From a virus: 64,000 bases of DNA. The stretch is from positions 32,001 through 96,000 of IMG/VR virus record IMGVR_UViG_3300042453_001086, one strand, 5' to 3'. Positions 61,401 through 64,000 of this stretch are shown here, in pieces. A program made the translations under genes and the position numbers. The notes under the pieces were generated by a model that saw only the letters and a program-made list of their open reading frames with translations, ran no database searches and had not been told where the DNA came from. Position 1 is the stretch's first letter; every line of letters starts with the position of its first letter.

Positions 61401-61551
61401 GCACTGTAACGGTATCGTATGATTCCTGTGAAGTTGATGCTACGTTTACTGCACCAAAATCCTCAGTAGACGTAGCGGGTGTATATGTAAACCCGTTATC
61501 TACTGAGGAAAAAGGATAACTGTCAGTACTATCGTAAACGTATGACGCCAT
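52453..61551 (-). CDS. Giant acidic repeat protein (putative fibre/structural)
   Basis: 3032-aa uninterrupted ORF in the late structural cluster, composed largely of 19-20-aa repeats. Confidence 0.8.
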   Translation of the reverse strand: MASYVYDSTDSYPFSSVDNGFTYTPATSTEDFGAVNVASTSQESYDTVTVRQGNDTPYGFATVNGSATYWKPKRYRYSSTSDNLYTSEDYGDIVLIERYGTIDTQSAETQDWGLLGDTATNEDLGVVTTFTATTPDSSEDYGTLTAGDGITTREDRYLIIQNQSVLAMETAYTYASNEALVKFVTKEDAETTLFYFYGASSSTSLSYWVGSGTPFEIGGSANEIEKAFSTVGTSGPLRLDITSSEVHVRSYDFENALPFNILDYGSLSSPINPDIDFGFVVQQNNDGEKDYGLITNNSEVTPFGLYETNGTGLESFNKKTITTGTQIAISGFSIVPVNAVIIGSGSISTNVTHIEKNTESYIGTGGLFTAFGASQSTSSVIPSSVEIFSYIGSAVEKNTDTYVGNSIVTTTLSTYSNKLNTNSFINVAISNSGTGVGDDGGFNIGRHIKFNGLGSRSFLLTPLDTTTYDSISFSAIRGNDNNGGEDPDTSSENLILEYSINGGTTFTIIGPIVSYNDTSFNTLKNVSLTIPSAAKTSSTIFKILQASSSGTGFDNYGITEIRLTSNQPRSIVFAGEYTDLKFTSGAGETTQLFALSGAAVEKNTEDYVGTGSASINVISVEKNTETYVAELSDVTDLFASYGDLTAVTESEDYGLITQSATNIDYRYLTSDYYDIAGSAVEKFIAQTPEDFSLFTFSGAATESFVAQTPEDTQIFQFTGAAVEKNTEVYIGDGTFSSFSGAAESVTYRYSFDSFVPFFEFDYGSVTQSPTNDIDLGSVSAPNTGGEQDYGIITFNNEVVPYGLWTTSGFAVELFSKNIVDNGGTITLSGAVVLPLAVSIIGVGSVNLTGSAVEKNTESYVGTGNLFNTSGAAEAFGANPSEDFSLYDISGTATEKFRANPPEDFAQFTLSGSHIIKFTTQGGETTQLFTFSGAGVEKNTEDYVGTGSTSIDVTKVEKNTESYTVAQASIHVLSDYGDLRESAGSTEDFGLITSAATEFETAGSVVRDYLKLYGYAIEKLSAQTPEDTQLFDTNGTAVEKFVAQTPEQTVTFTYTGSGVEKNTESYVGTGQATLDVFSELRKLIPAYVGFGFAFTTNGSAEAFGANPPENTQLFQVSGAAIVKVNPKWNGSGTINIDITSVEKHTESYVGTGTLFEFIDSDESRTYVYDLNDVVPFLDVDYGSISAAAFIEIDYGTVAGAFSGGEVDYGTVIFTESVLPFGSINLSGAAIEAFSPNTPENTQIFVISGAAVEKNTESYVGVGTESITGSAVEKNTEDYIGVGNLFNASGAAESTGANPPENIQLFATSGNAVEKFRANPPEDFAQFIFSGVAVEKFTTQGGEDTQLFTLSGSAVERNTESYVGTGTLFEIVDKIESRTYDYTVSQSNLLSVDDYGLITDAITSSEDYGTVDIAFTQTESYGAVDFDFLFLRGTASESFGEGLYTASGTITISGFGKVREIPRWVSKDGTITISGTGTVPVSVAEIGSGNLFTSSGAAEVFGANPPENIQLFQTSGTATEKFRANPPEDFAQFTFSGVAIESAGFNPPENTQNISVTGVAVDVTSVSEIGTGSLFTAFGAAEVFGANPPESTQLFVYSGVATEKNTESYIGAGTTEIDVTHTMRFVPNWIGNGTINIDVESTEKNTESYVGSGNAFTFIDSEERRTYDYTVETVEVVNEYRNLIKDATTSTEDYGLISSIASEFIDNGTTVRNYIEIIPTSIVRSTPREIASGSLFATSGAAEVFGVNPPENTQLFTYTGAASDIKHTESWVGTGSQTLTGEGDEDLVKSFVGSGVLVSISGSIFFIGYFPYTDYITFFTSGAASYKEVNAFNGTGTTTTSGSAVVTNTESYVGTGSLFGFSGAAESVTYVYNIDVVIGFNEVDYEFVTEIPSIDIDYGSVALPPTSGIFDYGYIRYEETIIGATGQFTFGGSAVESNTERYIGTGSTSIDVFSTERNTESFNGSGNLFTASGSAEVFGANPPENTQLFSVSGVGNTREIAVYTASASGTTTLSGAAVERNTEDYVGDNPIFTIDVFSTEKNTEAFAGTGTETLSGVGAEKNTESYVGTGTFSVLSGAVEAFGANPPENTQLFTYTGAATEKNTESYVGVGTESITGTAVEKNTEAFVGSGTETLSGAGIYNTTEVYIGTGVVSTISGAAEAFGANPPEDITLFTYTGAAVEKNTESYVGTGSTTASGVCVEKNTEAFVGSGSLSTVSGAAESFTVNPPENTHLFVSSGVAETRVIYLYRFETDGQGTYTISVSHVERNTEAYVGTGSTTASGVAIEKNTETFTGSGELFTFNGAAESRTINPDEDTLLYTFAGTATEKNTESWVGTGTETLSGTAKERNTEAYVGTGTTTASGVGVEKNTEVYIGTGSVSTLSGAAEAFGVNPPENTHLFVYSGAATERNTEAYVGTGTETLSGTAVEKNTESYIGTGLITALSGAAEAFSAQTPENTVLFTFSSSAAEAFVAQPPENTHLFIISGAAVERNTEAHFATGTATLSGTAVEKNTEAYNGTGTLTASGVGLESFSPVYVGSGQLFTYTGAAEAFGANPPEDIALFTFVGSSVVLNTYKEVGTGTEFVTGSAVEKNTESYVGTGQLFNYNGAAESFTVQPTEDTVLFTFVGSATESFTSQGGETTQLFTISGEAVERNTEAYDSSGSLTVFGDAYAPIFKSYVGTGSISTASGAAEAFGTNPPENIQLFNLSGVATEKNTEKYYPEGYIHINVDSESTKTNVYNGSGSISNFSGAAEAFGANPPENIQLFTYSGAATEKNTESYVGLCDISVDVFSVERNTEAYNGTGTATITGTADQSNTESYVASGSLFAISGAAEAFGVNPPEDTVLYTFTGAATEKNTESYEGSGSLYNVGSGAVTATVVIDTTVFITVSGYSDDTRSRVFNGDVTAVITGFSVEEFIPGSYRGKGTATVDVFSSESHTIVFSASGSLFGFGEAAETTTNVAESDIFTTISGAAVTIKSNIVIGSGSVLAFSGAAESISRNPEEDTNIFVVTGNANTVNNPYRPGRTYVSII
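52900..60500 (-). repeat. Imperfect coding tandem repeats (about 57-60 nt units) in the giant gene
   Basis: By-eye count: about 40 E(K/R)NTE(S/A)YVGTG units and about 30 (N/T)PPE(N/D)TQLF units; the DNA core gtattcttctc/gtgttcttctc recurs. Confidence 0.9.
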
Positions 61552-61574
61552 GTATTACCAAGCCCTCTTTTAGT

Positions 61575-61605
61575 AAAAAAGGGGATTGCCAAGGCAGCAA
61601 TCCCC
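61575..61605 (-). terminator. Intrinsic terminator after the 359-aa gene
   Basis: ggggattgc-tgccttg-gcaatcccc followed by TTTTTT. Confidence 0.82.
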
Positions 61606-61640
61606 AAATAATATAGAAAAGTATTCTTTTCTAGGAGATA

Positions 61641-62720
61641 TCAGTCAAGGCTGATGTTGAGGGTGATCTTAATCTGGTCACCGTTGTTCTGAATCTCGTA
61701 AGGACCGTTTGTGAATCTCTCAGCGTACATAATGGCGCTGTAGAGAGTTACGTCACTGTTACCAGTGAAAGCAGTACCACCCGAGGTTAGAAGTGAAGGT
61801 GTAGTTGTGAACTCAGTTGCCGAAGGTGTCTTATAAACGGTGTATGTGTTAGCAGCAACAGTACCACCAGCAGTTGAAGTACCACCAGCAACGTAGATTA
61901 CGTCGCCAGGTTGTAGTTGGTGAGCAGTGTCAGTTACAACTTTACCGAATGAGAACTCAACGGTAGGATCGGTAGCGTTCTGAATGTTAGCAGTTAGGTT
62001 AGCACTGAGGTATACTCTGTGACCGTTATAAGGAGAATCGGTTGCAGTGGTTCTCTCAATACCGATAACCTTGGTGTTTGCAGGGATAGCAGCGTTACCA
62101 CCAGCAATCATGCCGATTGTTAGATCGTCTACACCACCAAATGAAGCACTGTTAGCAGTAGTAGGAACGGTGATGAAGTTGGTGTTGATAAGACCAATAC
62201 AATCCTTAGTACCAGCAGCACCTGCTTCACCTTTGGTGATTGTAGTACCAGCAGAAGCAGTAGCACCATCAAGTACACCCTGAAGTGCTAGTGGCATGTT
62301 GTTGGCGCGGGTGATGTAGTAACCGTAAACGTTACCTGCAGCAGCAGTGAACGTAAAGGTTTGCTCTGGGTAGGTAGCAGTTGTAGTTCCACCAGACTGA
62401 GTAATCGCCCAACGCGAACCGTTTAGAAGAATACCGTACTGTGAATCATAGTCGTAACGGGCTTCTGTACGGTTGTTGACGCAAGTTGGATAACCAGTTT
62501 CAATAGATGAACCGTAACCGAAGCTGCCATCATTCTGATAAGGCTCGTAATAAGCAGACTGAGAAGGTACGTCGTTCTCAGCGGGAGTTGTATCTGATGA
62601 GAATAGTTTTAGAACAAGATCTCTAGGTGCGGTATCTTCTCTGTCAGCAACGTGATTGCTTTGGTTGATGAGATAACGTAGTGAGTCTAATTCACCAATA
62701 TTTGGAACTAGAAGTGCCAT
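61641..62720 (-). CDS. Putative virion structural protein
   Basis: 359 aa; LVLKLFSSDTTP...YPEQTFTFT...VYGYY...AERFTNGPYEIQNNGDQIKITLNISLD; TATAAATA at 62761..62754; GGAGG SD. Confidence 0.7.
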   Translation of the reverse strand: MALLVPNIGELDSLRYLINQSNHVADREDTAPRDLVLKLFSSDTTPAENDVPSQSAYYEPYQNDGSFGYGSSIETGYPTCVNNRTEARYDYDSQYGILLNGSRWAITQSGGTTTATYPEQTFTFTAAAGNVYGYYITRANNMPLALQGVLDGATASAGTTITKGEAGAAGTKDCIGLINTNFITVPTTANSASFGGVDDLTIGMIAGGNAAIPANTKVIGIERTTATDSPYNGHRVYLSANLTANIQNATDPTVEFSFGKVVTDTAHQLQPGDVIYVAGGTSTAGGTVAANTYTVYKTPSATEFTTTPSLLTSGGTAFTGNSDVTLYSAIMYAERFTNGPYEIQNNGDQIKITLNISLD

Positions 62721-62790
62721 TTAAATTTCCTCCAGGGATTTCTCTTTTTCTTTTATTTATAAGAATAGCAAAGTTGCATACATGTATTTA

Positions 62791-63483
62791 TCACAAATGA
62801 ACCTTCAATGCTATTAAAAATCTTTTTATATTTGATACCGCAATGACCTCATATTGAAGAACATCGCTAGCGTTTAATACTCTATTCCAACTAGTCAAAT
62901 CTTCATCTTTATTTTTTCTTTGCTGAGATCCATTTATAACACCTAGATATGGTTTTTCTGTTCCTGTGATAGAAACCATATCTGGGTAATTTTGATATGA
63001 AGATTTTTTGATGTCTAATAATAAAGTTCCAGGTTGATCCGCAACTATTGTCCACGAATCAATAGTGCCAGTGACATCTAAAGTTATTTCTCCTTTTATT
63101 CCTGGTTCCATATCAAATGAACCACTTTCAACAACATAGTTTATTGTTCTTGTTAAATCTGCTGTTGTTGCCATAGCAACACAGAAAAAATCAGAACCTT
63201 GTGCTGGCGGAGAAGTGAAAACAATAGTATTCCCAGATATTAAATAATCAACTTTTGGTTCTAAAATAATATTATTTAAAGATACCAATATTTGTTGCTC
63301 ATTTATAGGATAATATGGTTCATCATCTAAAGTTAGAGAAAATGATGTCGTTGAGTTGTTGAAGAGCAAACTAAAATCATCAAGTATCTCATTTAGATAC
63401 TGCAATGATTTTGAAGGAATCTGATAACTTATCCCTACTTTATATTGCTTTCTTCCACCTACAGTAACTCTATAATCAGTCAT
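62791..63483 (-). CDS. Hypothetical structural protein (baseplate/fibre-associated module)
   Basis: ILVSLNNIILEPKVDY.ISGNTIVFTSPP module followed by GTIDSWTIVAD..G.L.LDI.KSSY.NYP module. Confidence 0.65.
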   Translation of the reverse strand: MTDYRVTVGGRKQYKVGISYQIPSKSLQYLNEILDDFSLLFNNSTTSFSLTLDDEPYYPINEQQILVSLNNIILEPKVDYLISGNTIVFTSPPAQGSDFFCVAMATTADLTRTINYVVESGSFDMEPGIKGEITLDVTGTIDSWTIVADQPGTLLLDIKKSSYQNYPDMVSITGTEKPYLGVINGSQQRKNKDEDLTSWNRVLNASDVLQYEVIAVSNIKRFLIALKVHL

Positions 63484-63818
63484 TAGGTTACTCCTGGAGA
63501 AACTTCTACTATGCCTTCTACAACTCTAGTTTTAACTCCAGAGGGAGAAGTGATTACAACATCGTAAACATATCTCTTTGCAGTAAGAACTGATGACTGT
63601 TGAGGTGTAAGAGATAGTCTAATAACACCAGCTAGTCTATCCACAAACTCTACATTCATTGAATGAGATGTTGCGGAAGCAAATGAACGCTTCATTTTTG
63701 CCTCGGCAGTAAATCCTGTCAGATTTAGAGGCAATCCATTATCTTCATCAGCAATAGTTAATGTAGTATCAAAATTTGCGTTTTTTTCTACTGGTAGATT
63801 AATAGAATATGCAGACAT
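63483..63818 (-). CDS. Small virion structural protein (Ig-like adaptor, tentative)
   Basis: PLNLTGFTAEAKMKRS...G.I.LSLT...RYVYDVVIT...RVVEGIVEVSPGVT. Confidence 0.68.
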   Translation of the reverse strand: MSAYSINLPVEKNANFDTTLTIADEDNGLPLNLTGFTAEAKMKRSFASATSHSMNVEFVDRLAGVIRLSLTPQQSSVLTAKRYVYDVVITSPSGVKTRVVEGIVEVSPGVT

Positions 63819-64000
63819 TAATCCTCTGAGGATGTTTCCTCTATGTTTGTGGTTTCTTTAATAATGATCTCTAAGGTTTCCAATCCACCTTGCAGTTTGA
63901 GTTTGTATTCTTTGAGTTTTTCTAAATCAGATTGAAGTGTGTCGATTTTTTCATCAACTTCTTTAATTTGATTTTCAAAGTTTTGTTTCGTGCTAGTAAT
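63818..64000 (-). CDS. C-terminal part of a coiled-coil hypothetical protein (5' end outside the window)
   Basis: Open frame ...FENQIKEVDEKIDTLQSDLEKLKEYKLKLQGGLETLEIII...SSED*, stop overlapping the next ATG. Confidence 0.7.
   Translation of the reverse strand: MTSTKQNFENQIKEVDEKIDTLQSDLEKLKEYKLKLQGGLETLEIIIKETTNIEETSSED

Noticed and set aside
1-64000. tRNA or rRNA genes
   Set aside because: The intergenic gaps are short and occupied by promoters and terminators; no cloverleaf or T-loop signature was seen by eye.

Overview
This window is a 64-kb piece of a T4-like (myovirus) dsDNA phage genome. Gene content and order match cyanomyoviruses: mazG, hsp20, a CobS-like AAA+/vWA pair, a T4-type core and host-type sigma70 early promoters. 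Every credible gene is on the minus strand. In transcription order (right to left) it holds: (i) about 27 kb of large virion/fibre genes, including 3032-aa, 2191-aa and 1771-aa proteins; (ii) neck, terminase, tail and head genes (gp13-gp23, gp3); (iii) recombination and late-sigma genes (uvsY, uvsW, gp55, gp47, gp46); (iv) replication genes (gp45, gp44, gp62, regA, gp43, uvsX, gp41) and mazG. I found no tRNA, CRISPR array, intron, intein or reverse transcriptase. The most notable observations are: an ORF missing from the track (<1..1120) that looks nuclease-like, with its Shine-Dalgarno locked in a hairpin that carries a late-promoter core; a putative nuclease + Dam methyltransferase cassette between gp44 and gp62; a perfect-consensus antisense sigma70 promoter back-to-back with the gp55 promoter; over 1000 codons of the AAA+/vWA genes with no TTA/CTA/TCA; and a 3032-aa protein built from shuffled 19-20-aa repeats with an AT-rich Reelin-like domain inserted. 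Family calls come from motif recognition by eye, with no database searches.
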